A stretch of 64,000 bases of DNA from an uncultured delta proteobacterium (GCA_963727445.1 CAVSGI010000021.1:64001-128000), one strand, 5' to 3'. Shown: positions 9,393-18,753, counted from the first letter of the stretch. Notes: generated from the letters alone by a model not told the origin. Numbers and translations: made by a program.

Positions 9393-9827
9393 ATGACCCA
9401 AGGCTATCGAGAGAGCGCGAACGAGGACCGGTCCATCCTGGTCACGGCGTTCGCGGGCAAGTTGTTCGGCCTCCATCGGGACGATGGTTGCATTGCCTGG
9501 ACGCGCTTGCTGGGGGGCGGCCACGAGGTCGAGATCCTGATCGACTGCGGCCGTGTGTACGCGACGCAGGGCCGCGAGGTGCACTGTGTCGACTATGAGA
9601 CTGGCGAGCTCGTCTGGGAGGTGAAGATGCCCAACGCGTACGAGGGTCGTCCCACCATGGTCGTCGAGCGTGATCATCTCTTCGTCGGCAGCGCCGGCGA
9701 GGTCAGCTGTCTGTCGCTGCAGGGCGAGGTTGTCTGGACCCAGCACTTCGTGAACATGGGCATCGGCGCCGTCGCCCTCGGCTTCCCAGGCAACGTCCGG
9801 CAAGCCGCCGACTGGGGAGGCAAATAG
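9393..9827 (+). CDS. Small PQQ-like beta-propeller repeat protein
   Basis: DxxTGELVW, xxDGxIAW, LxGEVVW repeats. Confidence 0.75.
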   Translation: MTQGYRESANEDRSILVTAFAGKLFGLHRDDGCIAWTRLLGGGHEVEILIDCGRVYATQGREVHCVDYETGELVWEVKMPNAYEGRPTMVVERDHLFVGSAGEVSCLSLQGEVVWTQHFVNMGIGAVALGFPGNVRQAADWGGK

Positions 9828-9902
9828 GCGTGGGATCTCAAAATCTGCTGATCGCCATCGGGGGGAGATCGATCGCCGAAGGCGTTCGAGCGAGGATGGA
9901 GA

Positions 9903-10460
9903 TCACTCGAGGGGGCGAATCGTGGCGCAGATGTTCTCGATGCACTGAGCGACGTCCGCGTCCTCCACGTGATCGGCGTGACGGCACATGAAGTACTGCT
10001 CGCCGAAAGTTCGGAACGTGGCGGTGCTCAAACCGCCCCCGATGCTCTCGCCCAAGCGTGCACGGGCGTTCCATCCGTCGTCGACCACCTCTCGGGTGAT
10101 CACCTCGCCCCCGCCGAGCGTGGAGTCCTCGATGTAGGTGTCCAGCTCCTGGGGCCGAGGGACCTGCACGACGGCCACCACGCACCCCGGCGTTCCCGTC
10201 GTGATGTGGAAAGCGGGCATGGGCGTGCTCGTGGGCAGGTCGTGCGCTTCGATGCGGCTGCCCGCAGGCAGCTCGAGGGAAACCGGCAGGTTGCCCACTG
10301 GCAGGCGTGAGACGGCGGGTGCGGCTTCGGGTGTGGGCGCCGGGGGCGGCGTGGGAGGAGGCGCTGGAGGCACCGGCACCGCCTCGGCAGGAGAAGTCGT
10401 GTCGTCACACCCCCCAGACCCGATCGCCAGGAGGGCAATGATGGCCGCCATCCTCATCAT
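9903..10460 (-). CDS. Hypothetical lipoprotein
   Basis: Hydrophobic signal ending GGC-DD, Pro-rich linker, C-terminal cysteines. Confidence 0.65.
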   Translation of the reverse strand: MMRMAAIIALLAIGSGGCDDTTSPAEAVPVPPAPPPTPPPAPTPEAAPAVSRLPVGNLPVSLELPAGSRIEAHDLPTSTPMPAFHITTGTPGCVVAVVQVPRPQELDTYIEDSTLGGGEVITREVVDDGWNARARLGESIGGGLSTATFRTFGEQYFMCRHADHVEDADVAQCIENICATIRPLE

Positions 10461-10658
10461 GGCTACGGGTTCCCACAGATCGGCCTCGAAGGGCAACACC
10501 GAATCACACCCGGCGCCCTGCATCCTGTAGCTCCTCCGCCGCATCGGCGACGCGCGCGCGCCTCGGCATCCATCAGGCTCACGACGACGCCGGTCGAGGC
10601 CAGGGTGGCACGGGCGACTTGGACGCGAGGGAGCGACGCCATGTTTGCCACACCGGGC

Positions 10659-11510
10659 TCAACGCGTGCGGATGGACGCTCGATCGGCGCCGTTTCGCCC
10701 CAGGGCGAGGGCTCCGCGCTCGGCTGCGAAGCGAAGGGCGTCCACGAGGGGCCGGCCTTCGGCGAGCCCCCAGGTGAGGGCCGCCGCAAACGAGTCCCCT
10801 GCGCCATACGAGTCGGCGGGTGGATCGGCGAGCGGCACCGCGGCGAAGCGACCGCGCTCCCCCGTCGCTGTCTCGTAGCGTCCGCCGTCGGCGCCTTCCG
10901 TCTCGACCACCGCGAGCGGTCGAGGTTCGAGGTCTCCGGGCGAGTAGGCCTCGCCGGCGTCGCGCGCGCTGCGGACGAGGACATCGACTTGGACGCGCGC
11001 CTCACGGAGAACGCCGAGCGCGCGGGCGGTGGCAACGAGGACGCGGGCGCGTCTCGCCTGGCGCACCGCCTCGGCGTCGCCCTTGCAGAAGTAGACGGCG
11101 TCGGCTTCGTCGAGCTGGTTCCAAGCGAGCGCATCCGCGCCGCGTGGGGCGAGGGGCGGCGCGAGAACGGTGATCGTTCGTTCGCCCTCCTGGTCATCCA
11201 AGAGCGTGAACACGCGCGGATGCGGCGCCTCACGCTCGGCCGCGAACAGGGCGTGGCCTCGCGCGTCGAGCGCCGCGCGGACGGAGCGCCCGACCGGGTC
11301 GCCACCGATCGCGGTGAAGAACATCGCGTCATCTTGCTCGGCGGAGAGCCGCGCCATCTCCGCCGCCGCCACGGCCCCGCCTCCGGCGGCCTCGTCCCAG
11401 CTCACCCGAGCGCGCGCGATCTCGCCCGCCTCGGGCACTCGGTCGACGCGCGCGAACGTCACCCATTCGACGTGCCCCACGACCGCGCCTCTCACCGACA
11501 TGGACCTCAT
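10659..11510 (-). CDS. PfkB/ribokinase-family carbohydrate kinase
   Basis: AGGGAVAA N-terminal motif, GERTI, VETEGADG, DSYGAGDSFAAAL anion-hole signature. Confidence 0.9.
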   Translation of the reverse strand: MRSMSVRGAVVGHVEWVTFARVDRVPEAGEIARARVSWDEAAGGGAVAAAEMARLSAEQDDAMFFTAIGGDPVGRSVRAALDARGHALFAAEREAPHPRVFTLLDDQEGERTITVLAPPLAPRGADALAWNQLDEADAVYFCKGDAEAVRQARRARVLVATARALGVLREARVQVDVLVRSARDAGEAYSPGDLEPRPLAVVETEGADGGRYETATGERGRFAAVPLADPPADSYGAGDSFAAALTWGLAEGRPLVDALRFAAERGALALGRNGADRASIRTR

Positions 11511-11609
11511 CTATCACGATCTGCACGTCGATCCTCAGGTTCACGACCGGTGCCCGCTCGCGACCGCCCGCCAGGAACGGGTCGCGAAGATGGCAATCGC
11601 CCACAGCGA

Positions 11610-12236
11610 TCAGCGCAGGGTTCCAGCGTGGGCGCCCGCGAGGACCGTTCGGACCGCGGCGCGCAGCCACGCCACGTCGAGCGGACGCGAGGCGCTGCGG
11701 GAATCGACGATGGCACGAACGAAGTCCAGGACGCGCTGCGCATCGGTTCCTTCGGGCAGCTCGCCTCGATCGATGGCGCGGGTGACCATCCGCTTCCACT
11801 CGTCGCTGCGCTCCTTCACCACCTGGGCGATGATCGCTTCGACCTCGGGGTCGTGTCGCTCTTCGAGGAGCCGGGCCCACGCGCGACCCTGTCGCTTCCG
11901 ACCGAATTCGAAGCGCCGGGTGAACGCCTCGACCAGATCGCCCTCGAGTGTTCCGGTATCGGGCAGCGGGCTCTCGCGAAGGGGCGTCCGCATCCGAGTC
12001 ACTAGCGCCGCGACCAGCGCCCTGCGATTCGGCCAGCGTCGGTAGATCGTCGTCTTGTTGACGCCGGCCCGAGACGCGACCGCCTCCATTCGAAAGCGGC
12101 CGTAGCCCGAGCGCCCGAGCTCGACGAGGGCGGCATCGAGTGCGCGGCGGACTACCTCATCGCTCCGGCCCCCCAAGATCCCTCGGGTGCGGCGCGAAGC
12201 CTCGAGAGAGCGTCCCACGGACTCGGACGCTACCAT
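11610..12236 (-). CDS. TetR/AcrR family transcriptional regulator
   Basis: HTH MEAVASRAGVNKTTIYRRWP; LPDTGTLEGDL and RAIDRGEL C-terminal motifs. Confidence 0.9.
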   Translation of the reverse strand: MVASESVGRSLEASRRTRGILGGRSDEVVRRALDAALVELGRSGYGRFRMEAVASRAGVNKTTIYRRWPNRRALVAALVTRMRTPLRESPLPDTGTLEGDLVEAFTRRFEFGRKRQGRAWARLLEERHDPEVEAIIAQVVKERSDEWKRMVTRAIDRGELPEGTDAQRVLDFVRAIVDSRSASRPLDVAWLRAAVRTVLAGAHAGTLR

Positions 12237-12247
12237 CGCGTCGACCG

Positions 12248-12272
12248 AGATGGCAACTAGTTGTTGCCATCT
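12248..12272. promoter_or_regulatory. Putative TetR operator 1 (AGATGGCAAC-N5-GTTGCCATCT)
   Basis: Perfect 10-bp inverted repeat in the divergent intergenic region. Confidence 0.65.
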
Positions 12273-12300
12273 GGTCCGGAGCCGCGCTAGCGTGTGATCT

Positions 12301-12317
12301 GGCAACCCGACGTTGCC
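12301..12317. promoter_or_regulatory. Putative TetR operator 2 (GGCAAC-N5-GTTGCC)
   Basis: Same core palindrome and 5-bp spacer as operator 1. Confidence 0.6.
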
Positions 12318-12331
12318 TTTGGGGAGGCTCG

Positions 12332-12655
12332 ATGCGCTGGGATCACGTTGCGGCAACCTTCTTCGGCGGCGTCTTCCTCGCGAACTTCGTCCCCCACCTC
12401 GTCGCCGGCGTGTCGGGCCGCGACTTCCCCACCCCGTTCGCAAAGCCGCCGTTCCGTGGGCTCTCGACCCCTGTCGTGAACGTCCTCTGGAGTTTGATCA
12501 ATCTGACGGTCGCCTACGCCCTGCTCATCGTCGTCGGGCACCTGGAGCTGCTCGACGTCGGTCGCGTCGGCGTTGCGGCGAGCGGTTTCGGCCTCGCATC
12601 TCTCTTCATCGCGCGCTCGGTCACCAAGCTTCGGGGTCTGGCCCGGATCCGCTGA
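12332..12655 (+). CDS. Small conserved membrane protein
   Basis: GGGGAGG RBS; GxFLANxVPHLVAGVSGxxFPTPFAKPP...VNVLW; 3 hydrophobic segments. Confidence 0.8.
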   Translation: MRWDHVAATFFGGVFLANFVPHLVAGVSGRDFPTPFAKPPFRGLSTPVVNVLWSLINLTVAYALLIVVGHLELLDVGRVGVAASGFGLASLFIARSVTKLRGLARIR

Positions 12656-12714
12656 TGCGAGAACCGGCGCTCTGGCCCTCCGCTCGCCGGCGGAGGACCA
12701 GAGCCTCTGACGCG

Positions 12715-13503
12715 CTATTGCGCGTGCGCCATCATGGCCTCGAGCGCGGCTTGATCCGGTCCGACGAAGGGATCGGCCGTGGGGACGGATCGCAGCGTCG
12801 AAATCATGCGCTCCAGTAGCGTGCCCGGAGCCGCGGGGAGGTGGCTGCTGAGTATGAGCCTCGGGTCGAGGTGGCCGACCCGGTCCAGCGTGTCGGCAAA
12901 CCTTGCCGCATCCGCGCCATGGAGCCACGGCGCGTCGATGGTCGCCCAACGGGTCTGACCGCTCCGCAGCACCTCCTCGCCCAGCTCCGCGGCGTCATCG
13001 GGTACGGCGTCGAGCAACGCACCGAAGCTATCGGAGCTGAACAGCGCCTTGGACTTGCTGTCGAAGAAGCCGACGGTGGCGGGGTTGTCGAAGGTCGGCG
13101 GCCGAAGCGCGTGGAGCGTGCGTTCCCCGACCTCGAGCCGCTGGCCGGGGTTGATGAGAAAGACGCGCTCCATCGGCAGCGGCGACACCAGGCCCAACAT
13201 GCCAACGCCGAGGAACGTGGTGGCGACTCGGAGATGGTCGTTGTCACCGAGCAGTTGCGCCAGCGCGCCGGTGTGATCCGGATCGGGATGGGTCAGCCAG
13301 ATCCACTCGAGATCAGCGGGATCGATGACCGAGCGGAGCGCGGTCATGAACGAATCCCGCATCACGCCCGCGCCCGTGTCCACCAGGATCGGTTGCGAAC
13401 CGTGGAGCACGAAGGCGTTGATCGGGACGAAACCGAGTCCGGGGATCGGGAAGGCGGTTGTCAGCACGTCGATGTCGGGTGCGGCCTTGTACGTGGTGAT
13501 CAT
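12715..13503 (-). CDS. MBL-fold metallo-protein (FprA/ODP-like di-iron domain)
   Basis: ILVDTG, THPDPDHTG, LFSSDSFG, SSH metal-ligand motifs. Confidence 0.85.
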   Translation of the reverse strand: MITTYKAAPDIDVLTTAFPIPGLGFVPINAFVLHGSQPILVDTGAGVMRDSFMTALRSVIDPADLEWIWLTHPDPDHTGALAQLLGDNDHLRVATTFLGVGMLGLVSPLPMERVFLINPGQRLEVGERTLHALRPPTFDNPATVGFFDSKSKALFSSDSFGALLDAVPDDAAELGEEVLRSGQTRWATIDAPWLHGADAARFADTLDRVGHLDPRLILSSHLPAAPGTLLERMISTLRSVPTADPFVGPDQAALEAMMAHAQ

Positions 13504-13925
13504 CACGAATTCCCTTCCGCGTCCTGGCTCGCCAGCGCCTCGACGATGGTCGCCGTGTCGGTGTATTCGTGGAACTCGACGACCTTGCCGCGCCGAAGTC
13601 CGAACACGTGGACCCAATCGACTTCGTACGCTCGTTTGGTTTCGCGCGCCTTCATCCGCTCCGTGCCGAAGACGATGACCTGGTTCCCGCTCACCACCCA
13701 GTGTTGCGGGACGAATTGATCGACTTCGACGTGTGAGCCGACGGCCTGGAAGAATCCGGCCACGGCCTCCCGCCCCGAACGCTTCCCGCCCCAGGGGATG
13801 TCCCGCGGGCGGGGGTGCTGCCACTCGACATCTTCACTCAGGAGGGCGAGCACGGCCTCCAGATCCTGGCGCCCAAAGGCTGCATAGAGCGCTTCGACGA
13901 CTTGCGTGTTGTTTGTCTCGTCCAT
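13503..13925 (-). CDS. SnoaL-like / NTF2-fold protein
   Basis: VVEALYAAFGRQD..LLSEDVEW...PWGG..GREAV..FF...WVHVF...GKVVEFHEYTDT. Confidence 0.88.
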   Translation of the reverse strand: MDETNNTQVVEALYAAFGRQDLEAVLALLSEDVEWQHPRPRDIPWGGKRSGREAVAGFFQAVGSHVEVDQFVPQHWVVSGNQVIVFGTERMKARETKRAYEVDWVHVFGLRRGKVVEFHEYTDTATIVEALASQDAEGNS

Positions 13926-13936
13926 GCTTCTGAACC

Positions 13937-14341
13937 TCAGCCCGGGAGCCCGTTGAAGCAGTCGCACATCACCGAGACGACACCATCCTCGTGACGCTTG
14001 TAGACCGTCAGATACGTGCCACCCACCGGGCCGCCCGCGGATCCGTCACGCGGCGCCATGGTCGCCGTCCACGCACCGTGCTCGACGATGACGTCTCCGG
14101 ACTGGTCGCTGGGCCCGGGCGTCAGCTCGAACCCTTCGAAGCGAACGGCCTCGAAAGCCTTCGAGAACCAGCCCCGGATCGCATCGTGTCCAATCAGCGC
14201 TGGTGCACCGGGCGGCAGGAACGTGCCCTGGCTCGCGAAGATGCCCACCGCCCCCTCGATGTCGCCACGGTTGACGGCTTCGATGTGCCGCGCACGCACC
14301 GCCGACACCAGAGCGCTCGTAGAATTATCGTTCGATTTCAT
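13937..14341 (-). CDS. SnoaL-like / DUF4440 NTF2-fold protein
   Basis: AVNRGD...FLPPGAPALIGHDAIRGWF...GTYLTVYKR..DG. Confidence 0.85.
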   Translation of the reverse strand: MKSNDNSTSALVSAVRARHIEAVNRGDIEGAVGIFASQGTFLPPGAPALIGHDAIRGWFSKAFEAVRFEGFELTPGPSDQSGDVIVEHGAWTATMAPRDGSAGGPVGGTYLTVYKRHEDGVVSVMCDCFNGLPG

Positions 14342-14435
14342 GAAGTTTCCTTTCGGCTAGGGGCGCGTGGGCGCCCGAATCGCTTCGATCACTCCGACCA
14401 TAGGCGGTCCAGCAACAAGCCGGTAGACTAGGAAA

Positions 14436-15356
14436 ATGACATTGGGTGGTCCGAAAACAGACCACATCTCGAAGCTCTCGTGGGACGACCTTCGGGTGGC
14501 CTTGGCCCTTGGCCGGGCCGGCTCGGTCCGCGCCGCGTCGCGGCTGCTCGGCGTCAGCCATTCGACGATCTTGCGGCGCCTCGAATCCCTCGAGAGCTCG
14601 ACGGACACCAAGCTCTTCGAACGGGGTCCAACGGGCTGGGAGATGACGGCGGCCGGACAGGACGTGTTCGACAGCGCCGGTGAGCTCGAAGCCATCGTGC
14701 TCGGTCTCGAGCGGCGCGTCGAGGGACGCGACCTTCGCCTGGCGGGTCCGGTGCGCGTGGCCTTGCCCGAGCCGCTCCTTCCAGCGATTTTGCCAGACCT
14801 GCTCCGCTTCTCTGCCGAGCACCCCGACATCGAGCTCACGACGACCGTGAGCGATACCTACGTCGACCTCTCACTTCGTGAAGCAGACATAGCGCTTCGC
14901 GTCGCCATCGAACCATCGCCGACCCTCTTCGGCCGACGCGTCGCCATGACCGCGTGCGCGGTCTACGGGACGAACCGATACATCGAGGGCAGGTCGGTCC
15001 GTGATATCGAAAAGCTCGACTGGGTAGGGCTCCCGATCGAATCGAACGCACACTTCGCCCAGTGGATGAACCGGAACGTGCCGGACGCGCGGGTGGCGCT
15101 CCGTGTCGACGCGGAGTCATCCGTACGGGAAGCCGTCGAGGCCAACGCCGGCGTCGCCATCGTGCCATGCGTGGTCGCCAACATCCGTGGGTATCGCTTG
15201 GTCAGGAGGTTGCCCGAGCTCGACGCCCCGCTGTGGGTTCTCACCCATCAGGACCTTCGCAGCCAAGCGCGCTTGCGCGCTTGCCGGGATTTTCTCACGG
15301 CGGCGATCGCAGACAAGCGCCACCTGTTCGTGGGCCAGGCCGCACCACCTGGCTGA
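14436..15356 (+). CDS. LysR family transcriptional regulator
   Basis: WDDLR..GSVRAA..LGVSHSTILRRLESLE..KLFER HTH; DLSLREADIALR; LWVLTHQDLR. Confidence 0.93.
   Translation: MTLGGPKTDHISKLSWDDLRVALALGRAGSVRAASRLLGVSHSTILRRLESLESSTDTKLFERGPTGWEMTAAGQDVFDSAGELEAIVLGLERRVEGRDLRLAGPVRVALPEPLLPAILPDLLRFSAEHPDIELTTTVSDTYVDLSLREADIALRVAIEPSPTLFGRRVAMTACAVYGTNRYIEGRSVRDIEKLDWVGLPIESNAHFAQWMNRNVPDARVALRVDAESSVREAVEANAGVAIVPCVVANIRGYRLVRRLPELDAPLWVLTHQDLRSQARLRACRDFLTAAIADKRHLFVGQAAPPG
14446..14465. promoter_or_regulatory. Possible LysR autoregulatory site (GTGGTC-N8-GACCAC)
   Basis: 6-bp inverted repeat near the lysR start; related sequence GGTCCAGCAACAAGCC at 14406-14421. Confidence 0.3.
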
Positions 15357-15397
15357 AGCACTCGAGGAGCCGGCGGAACGTCAGTCTCGATCTGTTC

Positions 15398-16381
15398 TCA
15401 TCGCTCGGTGCGTATGCCCATCTCACCCAGCGCACGGAAGTAGGGTACGAGCTGATCGGGGCCGTTGCCGTAGAGATAGATGGCCAACGCGCCCTCCGCG
15501 ACTCCCTCCCGCGTGCATGCTGCGGCGCGAGCCGCGCTCACGTGGTTGGTTGCCACGCTGAACGAGTTCATCGAGATCTCGAACCCGAGCCTCTGTCGCG
15601 AGACCTCTCGACCATCGAACTCGCGCAGACGGCTCCGCACCGCTCGGCGGAAGTAGCTCGCTCCTCGAAGGCACGCGCCCTGAATCTGCGCCAGCTCGTA
15701 GTCCATGTTCGAGGCGCGGGTGATGTTGCCGTCGTCGACGGTGCGCCCGGCCCAGGCCGGGCAGAAGCCGGCCTGCTTTCCGAGGGCAGCGATGGAGCGC
15801 GAGTAGCGGCGAAGCCGATCGATCGACCACGAGAGCGTGTGCGAATCGACGGCGGCTCCCTCCCAGTCGACCACGATCCCGCTGATGTCGGGGCCGGTGC
15901 GGAGCGCACGGTCCATCTCGTCGGGATAGGCGATGAAGTGAACCCGGTTGCACGGAAACATCTGCTGAATCCGTTGCACGTGAGTCGAGCGCCGCTCAAT
16001 CATGAAGATGTCTCGGGGCCGCAGGAACCCGCGGATCTCCTCCAGATGCATGACCTCCGCCGCGGCTTGTGCCTCGCGCTCGCTCACGTGAATGACGAAG
16101 GTGACCCCCTCCGGGCTCAGAACGCTGGGGTCCTCCGGACACGCCACCGAAGTCGCGGCGTCGTTCGCGTCCGCCTCGATCGGGGTGGCGGCGTCGAAGG
16201 AAGCCCTCGGCTCCGCCGCGTCGATCGTCTCTGCTGCGTCGCGGATCTCGGCGACGCCGGAATCGTCGCTCGGCATCGCGCCGCCGTCGTCCATCGGCGC
16301 AGCGCACCCGAGCAGCATCACCGCCCCGAAAAGCGCGGAATCGAACCATCCGTGACGGAAGCGGTGGAGGGTCTTCTTCAT
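15398..16381 (-). CDS. Hypothetical lipoprotein, possible TIM-barrel domain
   Basis: LLGC lipobox, D/A linker, alternating beta/alpha pattern with GIVVDWEG. Confidence 0.7.
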   Translation of the reverse strand: MKKTLHRFRHGWFDSALFGAVMLLGCAAPMDDGGAMPSDDSGVAEIRDAAETIDAAEPRASFDAATPIEADANDAATSVACPEDPSVLSPEGVTFVIHVSEREAQAAAEVMHLEEIRGFLRPRDIFMIERRSTHVQRIQQMFPCNRVHFIAYPDEMDRALRTGPDISGIVVDWEGAAVDSHTLSWSIDRLRRYSRSIAALGKQAGFCPAWAGRTVDDGNITRASNMDYELAQIQGACLRGASYFRRAVRSRLREFDGREVSRQRLGFEISMNSFSVATNHVSAARAAACTREGVAEGALAIYLYGNGPDQLVPYFRALGEMGIRTER

Positions 16382-16565
16382 CCACGGGCGTTAGTGCAAC
16401 TCCCGTTCCCCCACGCTTCCTGGGCCTTTCGGCGACGGTGAGCGATCCCTTGTGCAGAACCCGCGCAACGCGGCGGGGAGTCGTGACCTCGTCAGGCCAT
16501 CCGGCCCCCACGAAGCTCCCCAACGGTGAGGAGCGTCGCCGGCGAACGGGGCGTTCGCCGCCCGA

Positions 16566-17222
16566 TCACCCACAGCTTCGAAACTTGAGCAGGACACCCA
16601 GGGCCATGTTGATCACGGAGATCGCCATCGCGGCCGTGCTGAGCCCATGCCCCTTGAGCCGTCCGCCGGACATTTCGATGTCCCGCATCGCCTTGATCGC
16701 GATCGGCAGCCCGATGAGCGGGCAGAGAAACGCGAAGACGAGGGCCGCGACGGCCATCCCCGACGTCCGCGCGGGCGTGTTGCGGACCTGCCCGGCGAGC
16801 GCGATCTGCTCCGCCATCAAGGGCGGGGGCGCGGCGAAGCCGGCGGGCGTTTCCGGCGTCGGCGCAGCCGAGCCGCCTCCCGCCGTTCCGGTGGCCGACG
16901 CCCGCACGAGCATCCCGCGATCGAAGAAGGTTCCGTGCTCGGAGCACCTCAGGACCGCGACGCCGTTGACGTTCGCGCGCGCGAGCGACGCTCCGCAGGT
17001 CGAGCAGACCGCGGCGCTCGACGTGTCGGGCTCCGAGGATGCGTTGCCGGCGATGCTCATCAGCATCTCAATCGTCTTCGGCGTGAGCCCACCGGCCGCT
17101 GCCTCCACCGACGCGGGGTCGAGCCAGACCCCGCCGCAACGCGAACACGCGTTCAAGACGACGTCCGGCGCCCGAGAGACGGTGAGCGGAGCTCGGCAAC
17201 GCGGACACTGGTGATCCGACAC
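16566..17222 (-). CDS. zf-TFIIB-like zinc-ribbon protein with C-terminal DUF4190-like membrane domain
   Basis: CPRC..CSRCGGVWLD, CSTC..CSEHGTFFDRG; TSGMAVAALV...GHGLSTAAMAI. Confidence 0.8.
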   Translation of the reverse strand: MSDHQCPRCRAPLTVSRAPDVVLNACSRCGGVWLDPASVEAAAGGLTPKTIEMLMSIAGNASSEPDTSSAAVCSTCGASLARANVNGVAVLRCSEHGTFFDRGMLVRASATGTAGGGSAAPTPETPAGFAAPPPLMAEQIALAGQVRNTPARTSGMAVAALVFAFLCPLIGLPIAIKAMRDIEMSGGRLKGHGLSTAAMAISVINMALGVLLKFRSCG

Positions 17223-17388
17223 GCGACTACCCTACTACATCGAAGGGGGAGGTCGGTCTCCGGCGATTGACGGACGGGCGCCGCTCGTACGCTTCTTCGA
17301 CGTCGAGCACGCTGCACACTGCAAGGCTGCGCTTGCGTCCCGTGTCCACGACTTCGGACCCCCGGTCTCGCGATGCTAGGCTGTCTTC

Positions 17389-18753
17389 ATGCCTCGCTTC
17401 AGCTCAGCGATGCTTCTGGTATCGCTCTTTACGTGTTTGGCTTGTGACGACGACGAGCCGCTCCCGCCCGTGATGGCCCCCGACGCCGGCCCCGGGACAC
17501 TGATCCTCGTCGAGAACCCGGCAAATCTCCTCTCCTTCACCGCCGAGTGGCAGACCGAAGAGGCCATCCCGACGCGGATCGAAGTGACGTGCGAGGAGGG
17601 CTACCTCGAGAGCTACGAGGACGCCGAACCCAAGACGGATCACTCGGTGTTCGTCATGGGCTTGATCGCCGAGACCCAGTGTGAGGTGACCGTCGCGGCT
17701 TCGAGTGACGGAGCGACCACCTTCGTGCAGTCCTTCGACGTCGGACCGATTCCCAGCGGCTTCCCGCGGCCGGAGCTCACCGAGATGGTCGAAGGCGAAC
17801 TTCAGCCCGGGTGGACGCTCCTCGACCTCAACGACGGTGCCGACCTCACCGATCCGATGAAGGTGGCGCTCTTCGATGAGCAGGGCCGGTACCGTTGGTA
17901 CTACGAGATCCCCGTTCCGCGGGCCGGCCAGGACAACCGGGTCGCCATCATCGACGAGGGCGTCCTGGTGGGCGCGCGAGGTACTGACGTTCCTCGCATC
18001 GTCGATTGGCAGGGGAGCATCCTTTGGGAAGGCAGCTTCGGGATGCATCACGACATCCGCATCGATCCGCTCGATGATCAGCGCCTTCTCTACCTGACGC
18101 CCTACGCAGGGTGTCCCGGTGACATCTTCGAAGAGGCCCGCATGGGGGTCTGGGACCGGCGGACGGAGTCCCAAGTCGACGACTGGGCGCTCTGCGACCA
18201 CTACACGCCCACGACGAACGTCGCGGGCTGGGCACACTTGAACGCGATCGAGCTCTTCCCCGGAGATCCGAACGCGATCCTGCTCTCATCGCGCGACCAG
18301 AGCATGCTCGTGAAATTCCGTCGCGACACGGGCGAGATCGTCTGGAAGCTGGGTCCCGACCGCGACTTCGCGATGAGCGACGCAGACCGCTTCTACCACC
18401 AGCACGCGCCGGAGATTCAGCCCGATGGCCACATCCTTCTCTACGACAACGGGCTCCGCGACGATCGCGAGTGGAGCCGGCTCGTCGAGATCGCGTATGA
18501 CGAGGCCACCATGACCGCAGAGGTCGTCTGGGATTTCCGTCCGTCACCGGACATCTTCACGAACGTCTGGGGCGACGCTGATCGACTCGAAAACGGCAAC
18601 ACGCTCGGCACCTTCGGGCTTCGCAGCGGCGCGCAGATCATCGAAGTGACCAACGACGAGTCGGTCGTGTGGCGACTCGTGATGCCGGATGGATGGGGCG
18701 TCTACCGCTCCGACCGCGAGCCGATCCCGCCGCTCATCCGCTCTCTCGACTGA
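17389..18753 (+). CDS. Aryl-sulfate sulfotransferase (ASST) family lipoprotein
   Basis: LAC lipobox; MHHD, WAHLNAI, LLSSRDQ, HQHAPE, LYDNG, GDADRLENGN. Confidence 0.85.
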   Translation: MPRFSSAMLLVSLFTCLACDDDEPLPPVMAPDAGPGTLILVENPANLLSFTAEWQTEEAIPTRIEVTCEEGYLESYEDAEPKTDHSVFVMGLIAETQCEVTVAASSDGATTFVQSFDVGPIPSGFPRPELTEMVEGELQPGWTLLDLNDGADLTDPMKVALFDEQGRYRWYYEIPVPRAGQDNRVAIIDEGVLVGARGTDVPRIVDWQGSILWEGSFGMHHDIRIDPLDDQRLLYLTPYAGCPGDIFEEARMGVWDRRTESQVDDWALCDHYTPTTNVAGWAHLNAIELFPGDPNAILLSSRDQSMLVKFRRDTGEIVWKLGPDRDFAMSDADRFYHQHAPEIQPDGHILLYDNGLRDDREWSRLVEIAYDEATMTAEVVWDFRPSPDIFTNVWGDADRLENGNTLGTFGLRSGAQIIEVTNDESVVWRLVMPDGWGVYRSDREPIPPLIRSLD

